A stretch of DNA of 64,000 nt from Callorhinchus milii. Lineage: Eukaryota. The stretch is from NCBI RefSeq assembly GCF_018977255.1, contig NW_024704745.1, forward strand, positions 62,310,001 to 62,374,000. The letters are read 5' to 3'. The notes below the pieces were generated by a model. That model worked only from the letters and a program-made list of their open reading frames with translations. It did no database searches and had not been told where the DNA came from. Positions 13,206 through 26,461 of this stretch are shown here, piece by piece (the first letter of the stretch is position 1; each line of letters opens with the position of its first letter). Position numbers and translations under genes: made by a program.

Positions 13206-15973
13206 CCTTTCTCATCAAAATCAGGCCTTCCAGTTTTGCTCTTATAACAATCAAACTTAAGAGTGGTCGTTTTCAAAATGGACTTTGTAAAACGTGAATT
13301 ATGTCAGAAGCATTTAGAGGGTTAATGAATGTATTTGTCTTGTGCTGACAGGCTCTGGGGTCAATAATGAATCTACTCAATTGTCAGGCTCTTTTTGCTT
13401 TTTGATAGCTAAAAACGATCAACAAAACAATCAACAATATTCAATGCAACCATGTCAAATTAACATTTATCAGGCCATTGAAAACTCGTGCAAGATTTTT
13501 TCAGTCAAAGAAAACCCATTCCAGCTGTGAAATGTAGGTAGAAAAACTAAAGCCATCATAAGAAAAGGTGTATAAATGGGCAAGCCAGCAAATGGAAACT
13601 TTCAATATATTTGTAATATAAATTGTGTATTTTACATGTTTTAGTTATTTCAAGTTTATAAATTACTCCTGCTAAAGAGGTAACTATTTCTGGATATCTA
13701 CCGTTTATTTCAGCATCATTTTGTACAAGATGAGCGCTCTCAAAAGAAAACACACTCAGGAGATTGTAAACCTGTCAGCAGTCTGAGTTAATTTCTTTAG
13801 CATTGTCTCCTTCAAAATGGTAAATATTAAGGGAGAGGAAAATCATACTTTTTTAAACTACTTTTTGTTCAATAATTTTAGAGGTTAAATTTTACAAAAA
13901 TGCAAATTCAAACAAGTTACAATTGCCAGATATAGCAAAGAAAAGTTTAATGCTATTTATTTTTCCTGGAATATAATGCAAGTATGAAACATTAGTCTGT
14001 TGGTACCTCTTCAGCAAGTTCCATTGATGTGGGCACCAGAATGTGTCATTGTGTCCTGTAGTTCTGTGCTTGTAGAGTAATTTGATGGGTGAGGAATTTG
14101 AACATTGAGAACAGAAACAGTAGTGGTTTTGTTGCTTTTCAGATGTTGGCACAAAACTGAAATTATTCATGTCCCAATTTCTATAGTGGAACTCCCGGGT
14201 TAGACAGTTATCCAATTAACTAATCCATCAAATGGTAACCATTCAGCAAGCTGACATATCTGGCGTACCGTCTTTCTGAGTCACTGGGTTCAGTTAAATT
14301 GTGCAGGTTGAATATGAAACAGCAGTCCCCTTCCCAGCCTTGTTAAACTGTCCTGAACTGGAAGGTGTGTGAGTTGCTGCATAGTTCAAACATGGTTGTT
14401 TTTTTAAAACAAACTTGGTTTCAACAATATGTTAATACCTATATGTATTTTCAGATTTTTTAAATATTTGCATGTGTCAATTTTCCATTGCACTATTTTT
14501 AGACTCTTTTTAACTTGGTGGATGAAGGAAATACTATTTTACTTCAAATTTGTCTTATTTATTTCGTCTACTTCCCCTGGATTTCCTGGTACTTTGTGAA
14601 GTTAATGTGCAGTTTGAAGTAGGTTTAATCTATGCACGCCACTACACAATTACCTTGCCTTGAAAGAGATTGTACATATGCATTTTTGTGTTTGGCAAAG
14701 AGTAAAATAGCTTATCAGAATGTGTATGTATTCTCTCAGGCAATTGCTGATGGGTTTCTCTATTTGTCTTATCCCCTCCCCATGAAACATCTTTCTCTAA
14801 GTGGATAATTCCAATATTAGGCCATTTGCATCCAGGTATCATCCTGGACTTGCACTCAATGTCTGTTTTTTTTCTCTGTCCTATATTATGCGACACTGCT
14901 TTAGTCTTCAAACAGAAACACAGCTAGAAGACTCATTTACATTTTTAAAAGCATAAATCCCACTATGAATTGCAAACAGCAATGTAAACTTCAAGTATGT
15001 GGGCAGACTCCGTAATTGGATTACCACTTTATAATTCACTGGGTGCTTGATTCTCGTTTAAAATAATTTCCTTGTGCTTTAATATATAAAAAAATAAGAA
15101 ATCCTAATCCCAGTCAAACCTTCCACTGTGGCACTCAGGCTGCTGCCAATTTATTCCTATTTGCTTCTGTATCCGATTTCTGCATGCCCACAATGTTTGT
15201 TTTACTTAAATGTAAATACATCGGTGCTATATGTAGACACCTACCTACACATCTTGTGCCTAGGGTATAATGCTATTCTATGGTTCAAATGATGATCAGA
15301 ACTATGTTCTTGAGGGTTATGATTTAGCTTGGATCTTCTTAACCTGATTTCTAGGTAGCTACTTTGTATATAATCTACATACAAGTGTCTGTTATGAAAG
15401 TTGTGTAAACCATATGTATTATTTGCCACGCGTAAACCGTGTGTACAGAGGGAATCAGGTGCCTTTAATTCTATAATTAATCAATGAAAATGTATTATAG
15501 TTAGAAAATTATTTTCATTGTTTGGGTTGTTACTTAATTAAAATCACTCAAAACTCTCTGCACTTGGTTTAAACAGAGTGCATTGTATATGTGTACTCAT
15601 TATGTCCAAATGTTTGTCCATTTTGGATACAATACAGGATGGACTGTCTGTCCATTCTGTATTGGATGTCTATTCTAATTTTTAATTCAGTGTTCCTTGT
15701 GACAGTGCAGATCATCAAACACAGGAAGCATTAAATACTAATACTTTTGCAAGATGTTGGTAAAAGCTGGTATTATATGTAGCCCTTAACTTTTTATTGG
15801 CTTATGTGTGTACTTTCACCTTTGTCCCTCGCTGCTTTCATTTTAAGGATAATACTGTAGAATATTTTGTAAAGGGATGAATTTAATTAAATTAATGTGT
15901 TCAGTAATAAGTAACAACAAAATAAAATTTAGTTTTGCATCAACAATACAATAATAATAATAATATAAACAAT

Positions 15974-16348
15974 GTGAAGTCCTGTAGCTCAGCGTTTAGA
16001 CCACTCACCTTGCAAGCAAGAAACGTGGGTTCGATTTACGGCAGGGCGAAATGTTGGGTAAGTTTTCTTACTCTACAGGCCTCTGTTTACCTAGCAGAAA
16101 CTAGGAACAAGGTTGTTAGTCGATTGGTAGATTGCTTTTCCGGGGGTAATAATCACTTTAAAAAAAATAATAATCATAAATTGGTCATTTGCATCCACGA
16201 TCATGTGTAGGACACTACTGTGCGCAATTGGCTGCTGGTTTCTCCCACAAAATATGCAGTCAATTCACTTTACAGTATATTCTGTGAAGCGCTTTGAGAT
16301 GTCTCACAGACATGATAAGGCGCTATATCAAATGCAAGAATTATTATT
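15974..16348 (+). mobile_element. tRNA-derived SINE, long subfamily
   Basis: tRNA head, extra ctgtttacctagcag...gttagtcgattgg segment, tail ...atcaaatgcaagaattattatt. Confidence 0.9.
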
Positions 16349-16506
16349 TACCTGGTATTATAATCTACTTCGTAAAATACTTTGAAGTATTAACTATCAT
16401 CGTTTTCTATGAAAGCCTCTAAAAACTAAGTGTTCCAATACAAGCTGTTAATTAATGAAACTACACCTAAAAATCCAATCCTCATTCATTATGAAGAGTC
16501 TTAATT

Positions 16507-16821
16507 ATAATAATAATCCTTGCATTTGATATAGCGCTTTTCACATCGGGAGGACGTCCCAAAGCGTTTCACAGAACACACTGTAAAGTGAATTGACTGT
16601 ATGTTTGTGGGCGAACGCAGCAGCCAATTGCGCACAGCAATGTCCCACAAACAGTCGTAGATTGAAAATGACCAATTTATTATTGTTTTTGGTTTTGGAG
16701 GGATTATTATTAGGCTCTGTGGAGTAAGGAAACTTGCCCAAGGTTTCGCCCTGACTGGAATTGAACTCGGGTCTCTTGCTTGCAAAGCGAGTGCTCTAAC
16801 TACTGAGCTACAGGACTCCAC
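16507..16821 (-). mobile_element. tRNA-derived SINE, short subfamily (young)
   Basis: Close to identical to 63152-63483 and 54446-54764. Confidence 0.92.
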
Positions 16822-18120
16822 TCCATTATGTGACCCGAATAGTAATAAACACATCTTGAGTTGCCTCCTCGATGCCTAAACTATTGAATATTGAAATAAT
16901 TTTATTCTGCTTGGGAGAAAATCAATACACGTGTATGAGGGGCGCTATATAAATGCAAGTTGTTGTTGTTGCTTGAGTTTCTTTTGAATAGGCCCCTGAA
17001 CATAAATGGATATCAAAGTAATTGAATAATTTGGAGGGGGAATGGTAATCCTGAAGAAAATGCTAGCAATTGGGAATTCCTCAATGTTCATGGGCATACA
17101 AGATTTATGTTGGAATATAATGCTGCACTATCTAATTCAAATATTATTCAAAGGGCTGGATTAATTGGTCTATAGTGTACTTTGCCAAACCCTTTGTCAA
17201 TTCAAGATGTTGACAGGTTAACCAGGACTGCTTAATTTTAGGGTGGGGTTGCATATTGATGCTTTTAAACACGTCTTGATCCATGTGCATTGTATAAGCA
17301 AACCACTGGCTAACCTAAAATAATTTATTATGCTTTTATTCTTTGTGATAACATTTCTGCACCGAAATAGTTACAGCTAAAATATTTCAAGAGTACTATA
17401 AATCGAGAATGATTTTAGCAATACTCTAGATTATTTTTCCTGAAATTTGTCAGCTTGAACTTAAAAAAAATTGTAATGTCACTATATTTTTNAAAAAAGT
17501 AGTTTGTAGTTTTAAAGGCAAAACCATTTCAAAGCGCTTAAAGATCAAATAAAGATGGGGGAGATTTATATTCCTCTCAACAGATGAATGGGTTGTTTTG
17601 TGAAGAACACTTACGTTACAAGCTACTAAACTAAAACAAACTTTACTTTGCAACCTTTAGCCAACTCAACCCTAGATTAATTTGAATTTCTGATATCAGC
17701 TGAGGACTATGTACTGTATTTTAGATCTTTAGTCTCAACATAAATAAAATTTAAGTTCATTAACTTATGTGCAGTAATGTTGTTCGGTGAAGATTGTCAA
17801 ACCCTATTTAATACATTAACATTCAAAAATCGTGCAGAATGCTCTGTGAAGAATGGATTAAACACACAGATTTTGAACCTTTAGGCACAGTAGGAATTCA
17901 CTTTGGGTCCTCTGTAGTTTCTGAGGAAAGCTACAAGACCAAATCTCTGCCTGTCAGGCGCATTAATTTCTTGAAACCCTTTCACTCTTCATCGACCTTG
18001 GGCAAATGAGCCCTAGCTGAAATGAAATGAATGATAAATGCAGAGAGTGCCTTTGCTGAGTAATGGGACTGCAGCGAAGGCTTTTCCGCAGAGTTTTATT
18101 CCTCTACAGCCTGAGGCAGC

Positions 18121-18276
18121 NNNNNNNNNNNNNNNNNNNNNNNNNNNNNNNNNNNNNNNNNNNNNNNNNNNNNNNNNNNNNNNNNNNNNNNNNNNNNNNN
18201 NNNNNNNNNNNNNNNNNNNNNNNNNNNNNNNNNNNNNNNNNNNNNNNNNNNNNNNNNNNNNNNNNNNNNNNNNNNN
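18121..18276. other. Assembly gap (156 N); single Ns also at 17492 and 23555
   Basis: Run of N in the sequence. Confidence 1.
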
Positions 18277-19883
18277 TTTTCTCTGAAGAGGATGCAACAC
18301 CACATTTTAGCTGTCGGGAAGGATGATATAAGATGAAATGTGGCATTGTCAGCTCTTCACATGGATGGGCAGAACACTGCCTGCCTGGAAAATTATGCCG
18401 TTTAACTTTCCATTCAATCATCATTTAAACTTTCAAATTGTATCTTCAATTAGTTGTTTCCATTGCCTTCTGTATATTTTGGATTAGCAGTTTTTTTAAA
18501 AAAGAAGTATTTGCAGAACAGACTCAAAAACTGAGCATGCCAGAATTAGATTGAACCTTAAAGGTTTAGTGCACAGTTTCTGTTTCTTCAAAGGCTCTCT
18601 CCCAGAATTATTCATAGTATAAAATGGGGATCAATAAATTATTTCTGCTTAATTGTTGTAGTCCAAAGTTCATTGAATAGTTAGATTACATAAGGATAGG
18701 CTACTGTTTTCAACAACTATAAATTGGTCATCGTTTCAGAAATGGTTTCTCAATTGCAGTTTCAGAAAGAGTTCCGAAATGTGCAAACCCTTACTTTTGC
18801 AGTTGGCATGTGACTTACTAGTTGGGAAAGAGAGTACTGATTGAAACATGCAAATGAGGCACTCCTCTTAGTGGGTTTTAGATTGCATTTAAAGACAAAT
18901 GGCAAAAATGGTTATTTTGTTCAAACATTTCATTAGGTGGGAAACAGCATTTCAGAATGCCTACAAATTCACTGAAGAATTCCAAGTATCTTTGGAGGGG
19001 CTGATATTTTTAATGAAGTGCATTGATAACTGAATGATATATCATAGAACTAGTGCAAGTATGTATGCTTTGATTTAATTTCCTTTTCTAGGATACTAGC
19101 GAGATGGAGAGAATGGTATCAAAAGAAGATTGACTTGGCATGCAGCCTAATTAATAGAAGTATGCAGCCCCGGTGTTTCAATTGCAAGTGGCAATCTGAC
19201 ATGCCTTCAATTAGAAGTCCAAATTCATAAGGTTTTCAAAATGGACCACTGAAGGGTAAAGTTTTCCAATTGGAGTCACATTTTGCTAACTGAAAAAGAG
19301 TAATATTCCTCCTCTGTAGCCTGTCTGACATGCCCTTTCAAAATCTGAGCATGTGCTAATGAATATTTTCTTCACACAATTGCAGTTTATAGCTTGCATG
19401 CTGTGGCCTTCAATTGTAAGGTTAAAAAAAGGCTACATTTTATATCAAAATCATCTAACTCAGTGGGGTCCAACTGACAGCCTACAGGCTAATTTGCTTA
19501 ATATCCCACCACCAACGTCATTTTGCTCCCTCTCTCTGGAGTTCTATTCCCTGAGTCCCTCCGACTCACTCCCTCCCCTCTTTCAAGCCATGTCTCGACC
19601 TAACTTTTTGACCATGCTTACGGTTATCTTTCCGCCTCCCCATCTCACCTCTCTTGGCGCCAACTTAGGTGCCCAGCCAACAGTGTCACGCGCTTTAAAA
19701 TGTCCTCCCAACATCAAAAAGTTGCTGTGTCAATGTTGTTATGTTTCTGGAAGGGAAACACAAAATACTGGTTATGCAGCCTGTGGACTTTTAATAGGGA
19801 ATTCGGCCCTCGACAGCCGAAAGGTTGAACCACTCTAATCTAACTCACCAATGATTCGGTTTTAAACAAATTCTACTCTTCTA

Positions 19884-20509
19884 TCTATATATAGATATAT
19901 ATATATATATATATATATACTAATAAAACAACTCTGTCTGTCTATGTGTCCGTGTATCTGACAATCTGGTTATAATCGATTGACGTAGAGACATATTTTG
20001 TACCTCATCGGAAAGGTCTTGCATCCAGCAGTGTCATGGGCATATTTTTTACGGGGTATCTCCTATCGTTGATGAGCTATATTAAAAAATACTTCAATTA
20101 AACCCCAAAAATATGAGGTATGCACCGTATTCTGCAACTGCATAGCGACAGAGGAAAGCACACATTATTCAGAGAGATGCATCCATGTTCTGCAACAAAT
20201 GCATGGCACTTTTTTCTGGTTGTCATGGGAGCTGGAATCCTCCCTTATGGGATAGATGGAGAAAGCCAGAGAGAGAGAGAGAGACTGAAAGAAAATATAT
20301 TATGAAGTGAGACAGAGAGATATTGACAGACAGACAGAGAAAGAGGGAGATTGAGAGAGAAAGACTGAGGGAAACAGAGAGAGGGACTGAGAAAATATAT
20401 TAAAGGAGTCCTCCTACTGAGGATAGATAAAGACGAAATGTCTGTGTGTCAATTTACATTCCATATTGGATCCTTTGGTTGCAAGCGAAGCTGCAACTGG
20501 TACAATTAA
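19884..20509 (+). mobile_element. Non-autonomous Helitron-like element
   Basis: 5' A|TCTAT(AT)n-ACTAATAAAA...tgtctgtct; internal (GA)n; 3' hairpin gttgcaagc-GAA-gctgcaac (20478-20497) about 10 nt before a decayed CTRR-like end followed by T. Confidence 0.55.
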
Positions 20510-21079
20510 TAATATAATATATATATCCACTTCCATCCTCTCCTTTAGTATACTTGCTGCCCCCCCCTCCACCTTTAGCATTGTACAATAGTGACTTAAG
20601 CAGTGTCTCTTTGTGGCTGAGCTACCTCCTAGATGACATGTGTGGCAATGGAATATTGAAATTGAGTCAACCTCTTTCACAGTCTCGGTACTAGATTCCT
20701 GAGCAAGGCAGGTCTGTAATCCTCCGCAGTACTATTGATGATTGACTAACCAGATGACTGGCTCGTAAACGAGACTTGGAGATGCAGACCAATGACTGGA
20801 GCCAGGGATTATTCCTACTTGGTTCCTGTTAAACATGCAATCCTAACACCAATGAATTAGGTTGTCAGGAAGTTTGCTGATTGCAATTGCAAGCCGAGTG
20901 GCATTAGGTAAACTCCAGCAGTACTTCCAATGCACACTCTGGGATCCCCAAGTTGTGGCTCCTGCAAACCTGGACCTAATATTTTCCTAATACTGGGGGG
21001 AAGATATGCACTCCATTCCAGACAAAGCAAAAAATTCCACATAAAAAGCTCATGAGTTATTCCCCTCGTGGTCACCCAT

Positions 21080-21440
21080 GATATAGCTCAGAGCTCCATC
21101 TCAAGTCCTCTCTTGGTCACCTACATGCTACTCCTTGTGACAGTGATATCCACAAACATGAGGTTGTCTCCATGTCTTCCCTTGATTCCAGATCCACTGA
21201 TGTTCTGACTGCCTGACTGACGGTTATCAAGTTCTGGATCAGACTCAATTTTCTTCAGTATAGATGAGACTGAAGCCATCTTCCTCTGTTCCGCATCATG
21301 CCTTCATCACCTCCAGATTCACTTTTCAAATGCGACCCTCAGTGGTCTTATCATGCTCCAGCTCATCCAAAACACTGTCTCCTGCATCTTTACCTGCATG
21401 AAACTTCACATGCCTGTCACCCTATGCTCATCAGTATGCC
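21080..21440 (+). mobile_element. Old L2 RT/C-terminal fragment
   Basis: ctacatgctactcctt...gatatccacaaacatgagg; atcaagttctggat...aattttcttcag...agactgaagccatc; ctccagctcatccaaaac (LQLIQN). Confidence 0.65.
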
Positions 21441-22410
21441 AAATCTGTCCATAGGCATTTCACATCTAGATCTGCTAACCAATAATTTACTAACTAATAA
21501 TTTACAATCCATAAACAAGTTGTTGACGAACAACTGCACATCTAGCTCGAGCACCCAAATAACATATTTCTCCATTATTTCTTTTATGCACTAATACAGT
21601 TAGTAGGGGTGCAGTTTAGTATCTGACAGCCACAAGTTCATCTCTTCACAGTGATGCACATACAGAATGCTATACTCACCCCAGTCTAATGAAAAGAGGA
21701 CGATTTTGCAACTGGAAGCATTAAAGAGCCTTCTTGCTTTCAATTAATTTAAGTTGCTAACTAGAACTATTTCTAATGCTCCTATCACCCCATGTGTTGA
21801 ATTAACTGAATGAAATATGAAATATGACCTTTATCCTGCAGTATCCCACTGTGTATTCTTTTCATCTTGAAACTTTTTGAAATTTAAAGTGATATCTTGC
21901 TGGGATAAAGAGAAGGAAAATATTAGTTGAATAATGTGTAATTAAACATTTTTATTATTGTTAGTGTTTGCCTATTGCTGTCTTTTTTTAAAAGTATCAT
22001 GTTTGTTCTTTTGCAATTCATAAAACATGAATTCAAAGATATTTCAGTGATGTCAAATGATTCTTTTAGCAGTGATGAAACAATACCTAATTGTAATAAT
22101 ACAGCGGTCAGTTTCAGGCACACAGTCGTGACTTTATAAAGATCTTTCAATTTGTACTTTCCTATCCTTCTTCCCCCCCCCCCTTTTTGTTTAAAACTCC
22201 AGACAACAGCCTTTCAGATCTGTAGTAACCAGTCAACTATTAGCAGTCTAAGTGCTAACTATTTGCTGTCTGTTTTTCATTCCCACATACATATACATAC
22301 TTTTTCCTCTTTTCTCTGAAATTCCAAATATTCAACTATTTCCCCTCTATGTTGAAATTTAAATTTCTGCTTAATCATTTCCAAGACTTCAAAAGTAAGT
22401 TGTCTTTCAT

Positions 22411-22590
22411 ATAATAAAAATAATCCTTGCATTTGATATAGTGCCTTATCACATCTTCAAGACATGTCAAAGCGCTTCACAGGATATACTGTAAAGTGAA
22501 TTGACTATATTTTGTGGGTGAAACACGGCATCCAATTGCGCACAGCAATGTCCCACAACCAGTCATGGATTGAGTGACCACATTTTTTTT
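22411..22590 (-). mobile_element. SINE 3' half
   Basis: aataatccttgcatttgatatag...aattgcgcacagcaatgtcccac. Confidence 0.85.
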
Positions 22591-23364
22591 AAAAACCTGA
22601 CCAAATCCCTAGTTTCTGTGAGATCTGGAATTGGTTTTATGGAGAATCTGGGCACAAACCTACCTTCTCCCCTGTTTAGCGTTGCTCAGCAGATTAGTAT
22701 ATCAATTAGTGCCACCTGCAAGTCTTCATATTTAAAACTAATTTGGCATCTGATGTCAGGGAGAAATGTATGTTTAGTAATCTAATTGATGTTTTACAGC
22801 ACTTTATCTTTGGGATCTCCCCTGTTCAAAGTTGATCTTAAATGAATGGCATTATTATTTTGGTTTGTAATTATGTCAGCAGTGAAACAGCAGTGTGTAC
22901 ATGTTACTTGTGTATGTATAACTATGTTACCCAGTAGTTTGTAATTGAGATTTTGTGGCATTTCTTCAGTGTAGTATCTGTTTGTAGTGTTTGAGGCTTT
23001 CAAAAACAACCATGTATACTAAATTATATACAACTATGTATACTAAGTTGTTCAATAGACCTTTACAAGTACATGTAAATGATTTTAAAATGTGTAGCTA
23101 TAGTTTCCGTTTGTTGAAACTTTGCTTCAAGCTTACAGTCTGTGCTTTGTCATATGTAATCTTTAGTTTCTTAAAATATTTAGTTTAGAAGTATTGCTAA
23201 GATAGATCAATCAATTCCTGTTCATATTTAAATATTGATGAACCTCAAATATAGAACAAGTTAGTTTTCTGTTAATTGAGATTGTGGTGCAAGACATGAA
23301 AAATTGTAACTTAAATTTAAAATTATTGCGATTCATATAAAAAAATATTCTTTCATTTCTCTAG

Positions 23365-23450
23365 GATACCTTTCAAAAATACCTTAACATCCAGAAATAT
23401 GATGATCAGATGAGGGCCAAAGGAATATCATCTCTAGATACAAAACAAAT
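23365..23450 (+). CDS. MRPS9: MRPS9 coding exon (86 nt)
   Basis: ctctag|GATACC...CAAAT|gtaagt; DTFQKYLNIQKYDDQMRAKGISSLDTKQ(I); phase-compatible with both neighbours. Confidence 0.92.
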
Positions 23451-24365
23451 GTAAGTTACTGTCTGCAGGAATAAACAAATTAGAGGAGTGATGGTCATTT
23501 GAGATCCAACACTGTGACAAAACTGAATGTACTAATATGATGAATATGTTTGTANTTTTTTATATGGAAAAAACGGATGCTTTGAGCAGCTGTTGTAATC
23601 TTCACAAGTTGAAAAATGCCAGTTTCAATTACCAATTTTCTTTTTCATCTCTTAAATTGGGACAGAACTGCATACAGTACACTGATTAGAATAACTAACC
23701 AATTTTGATATGTAGTAATTACTTCCCTAATAAGTCATTTGTATGTATTTGCCATGTTGTCTAAATTTTCAGTCTTGCAAAATCTTTTAAACCTAATTAA
23801 CAATTTTCCAGTCTTTGTGTTTGTTCATAATGCCTTTAAAGTTTGTTAATTGTTTAATGTAGAATATGCAAGTGCGTCATTAAGCTATTTATGTTTAAGG
23901 ATTGTGAGCTTCTTTAAATGTTGCTTTATTTTTTAAAGCTATTTTGCAAAGCTGCTGTATGATTAAGATTTAACCTTGATAAACTACAATAGCTCAGTAA
24001 TATTTGAGTCTTTGTGCAAGGTTATGCCAGTGATGAATGTTGCACTTGAAATTTTGTTTTGTGAATCATGTATTCAATAGATTGAATATTCTACACCCAG
24101 AAATCTATAGATTAATTTAATATTCCTGAAATGTTTTTCTAAATTTATACAAAATATTATCAATGCACATCTAACAAGCCAAGGTTTATGTAGAACATCC
24201 ATAATCTGGTACAATTTATCATATAATAATAATATGAATCCTTGCATTTGATATAGTGTCTTATCTTTGAGACATTTCAAAGCACTTCACAGGATATATT
24301 GTAAGGTGAATTGACTATATTTTGTGGGTGAAATAAAGGCGATATCCATTATTTTAACAAATTTC

Positions 24366-25050
24366 TATGGGGTGACCAAAAAGTCATGGTATCATTTATT
24401 TTAATACTAATTACTTTATTTCTTCAAAGACAGTGTTCAGTGCATTAAAAAAGAACAAAAGTACAGAATTTGCTGTTATGTTCTAATAAACTACTTCTAA
24501 AAATAATATCGTAATGATGACTACCCTGTACATCTACACATTCATGATGATGTATAATGATATTTTCCAATACTTTCCTGAGTATTTCGGCTGGAATAAA
24601 CTGCACAGCGTCTCTGATATTGTCTTTCAGCGCCATTATTGATTGTGGCCGATTTTGAAAATTAGTGACTTCAAATAACCCCACAAAAAGTAATTGGGGG
24701 CAGTGAGATCTGGCGATCCAGAGGGCCATGGGGTATCACCCAAACCTGGAAATGACAAGATTAGAAAAACTTTATTTGTACTGATCTGATTATAGTCAGT
24801 TACAACCTTTAGAAGAGGTGCCCCCTACTGAAGCATGTTGGGTTTGTTTCTTAGATGGACAGACTAGTTTTTGCAAAAAAGAGTCACTATATTCAGACTG
24901 TAAAACTCCTTTTCACTTATTTAGAAAGAAGAAAAGTTCATGTTTTAGTTCTTTGTTTCCGTCAGGTTTCAATCTCAAGCTTCAGAATTGAATTAACGCC
25001 ACAAGGCGCATGAACCATTTGGCCATGGTGAATCTTGTACCTCTTCATAC
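24366..25050 (-). mobile_element. Tc1/mariner-superfamily transposase remnant with one TIR
   Basis: Minus strand FSNLVISRF/GDTPWPSGSPDLTAPNYFLWGYLKSLI, then (frameshift) NRPQSIMALKDNIRDAVQFIPAEILRKVLENI...CVDVQGSHHYDIIF; TA-tggggtgaccaaaaagtc TIR-like end at 24366. Confidence 0.8.
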
Positions 25051-25214
25051 AACATAAAAGTTCAAATTCTCTCATGTTTGTGGAGGAAAAAGTTGTTAAC
25101 CTTTCTGATGTCCTTCATGGAGTTTAATGGACTCTTTCACAAGCTAGGTTGGATTTCTTATCATCTTTGTTAAAAATTAATAATGTAGTGGAGAAGTTAT
25201 CTGCATTCATGATA

Positions 25215-25390
25215 AAAAAAATTTGGTCACTCAATCCACGACTGTTTGTTGGGCACTGCTGTGCGTAATTGGCTGCCACGTTTTGCCCACAAAATACAGT
25301 CAATTCACGTTACAGTATATTCTGTGAAGCACTTTGAGACGTCTCAACAATGTGATAAGGCACTATGTCAAATGCAAGAATTATTATTGT
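25215..25390 (+). mobile_element. SINE 3' half
   Basis: ggtcactcaatccacgactgtttg...aaatgcaagaattattatt. Confidence 0.85.
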
Positions 25391-26164
25391 TATAAAAGCT
25401 GATATAATTGAGTAAATGCTAAGATATATTTTATTATTTCAAAAACAGTCGGTATTATGCCATCCATTTCCATTTTAATGGGAAAGTTTTAAAGTTGAAA
25501 ATGTAACATTATCGTTGGGATTTTCTTTTCACAATGTATTCTACACCGTTTAGCTAAAGGAACAATGGGAGAAAATATTAACCTTTTTTTCATTGCTGTC
25601 AGGGAGTTCCCATTAAGAGGGTTTTCTATTGAGACTTGGAATTGGTATTGTAGAGTATGTAAGTTCCCTAAGAAACTTGGACCCTGCCATTTTACATGCT
25701 GTAGACTATCATGGTGACAAAATTTACTAACATTGTTCGAGACCTCTGTGTAATGCTGCTTAGCACTATGCAGTTAGTGCTAGTATGCCCAGTAAATCTA
25801 GTTTTGAGCATTATTTGACATATTGCATTTATTAATTATATCAAATAAAATATCAACAGTGGCGTTTATTTGCCTTATAGATCTATATTAAAACAGGTGT
25901 ATTTTTAGAAGTGGGATGAAAAAATAACATTATTGAATGATTCCACATTTTGAGAAATTCCTTCCCCAAACACACATGCATGCACCAAGGCAGGGAACTG
26001 ACTCTGGTGGCAATGAGATTGGGAGCCACGAAAGGTGGCTTTCATTTTTTCATGTTGTGCTAAAGGAAATTTAGTCTTGTCCAGGTTTTTTGAGGCTCAT
26101 CTAGAGCTTAATGTCCGACAGGTAAGTGGAGACGACGTGTGAAATTTTACTCTTGTGTCTGCAA

Positions 26165-26461
26165 ATAATAATATTAATCATAATCCTTGCATTTGATATA
26201 GCGCCTTATCACATCTTCGTGACATCTCAAAGTGCTTCACAGAATATACTGTAAAGTGAATTGACTGTATATTTTGTGGGCGAAACGCGGCAGCCAGTTG
26301 TGCACAGCAGTGTCCCACAAACAGTCATGGATTGAGTGACCAATTTTTTTTGAAGGAATTATTACCCCTGGAAAAACGATCCACCCAAATTTTGCCCTGT
26401 TGGGAATCAAACCCAGGTCTCTCACTTGCAGTGCTCTAACCACTGAGTTACAGGACTCCAC
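26165..26461 (-). mobile_element. tRNA-derived SINE with an internal deletion
   Basis: Tail, body and tRNA head (…ctgagttacaggactccac). Confidence 0.88.

Noticed and set aside
16501-16854. Recurrent ORF family '...[26 protein letters not shown]...[11 protein letters not shown]' (also 28728, 41797, 45119, 54589)
   Set aside because: Translation of the SINE body; it recurs because the SINE is repeated, not because it is a protein family.
18013-18424. ORFs spanning the N run
   Set aside because: Artefacts of the assembly gap.
23006-23050. 24-bp tandem duplication giving TTMYTKLYTTMYTKL
   Set aside because: Simple local slippage duplication in intron DNA with no sign of function.
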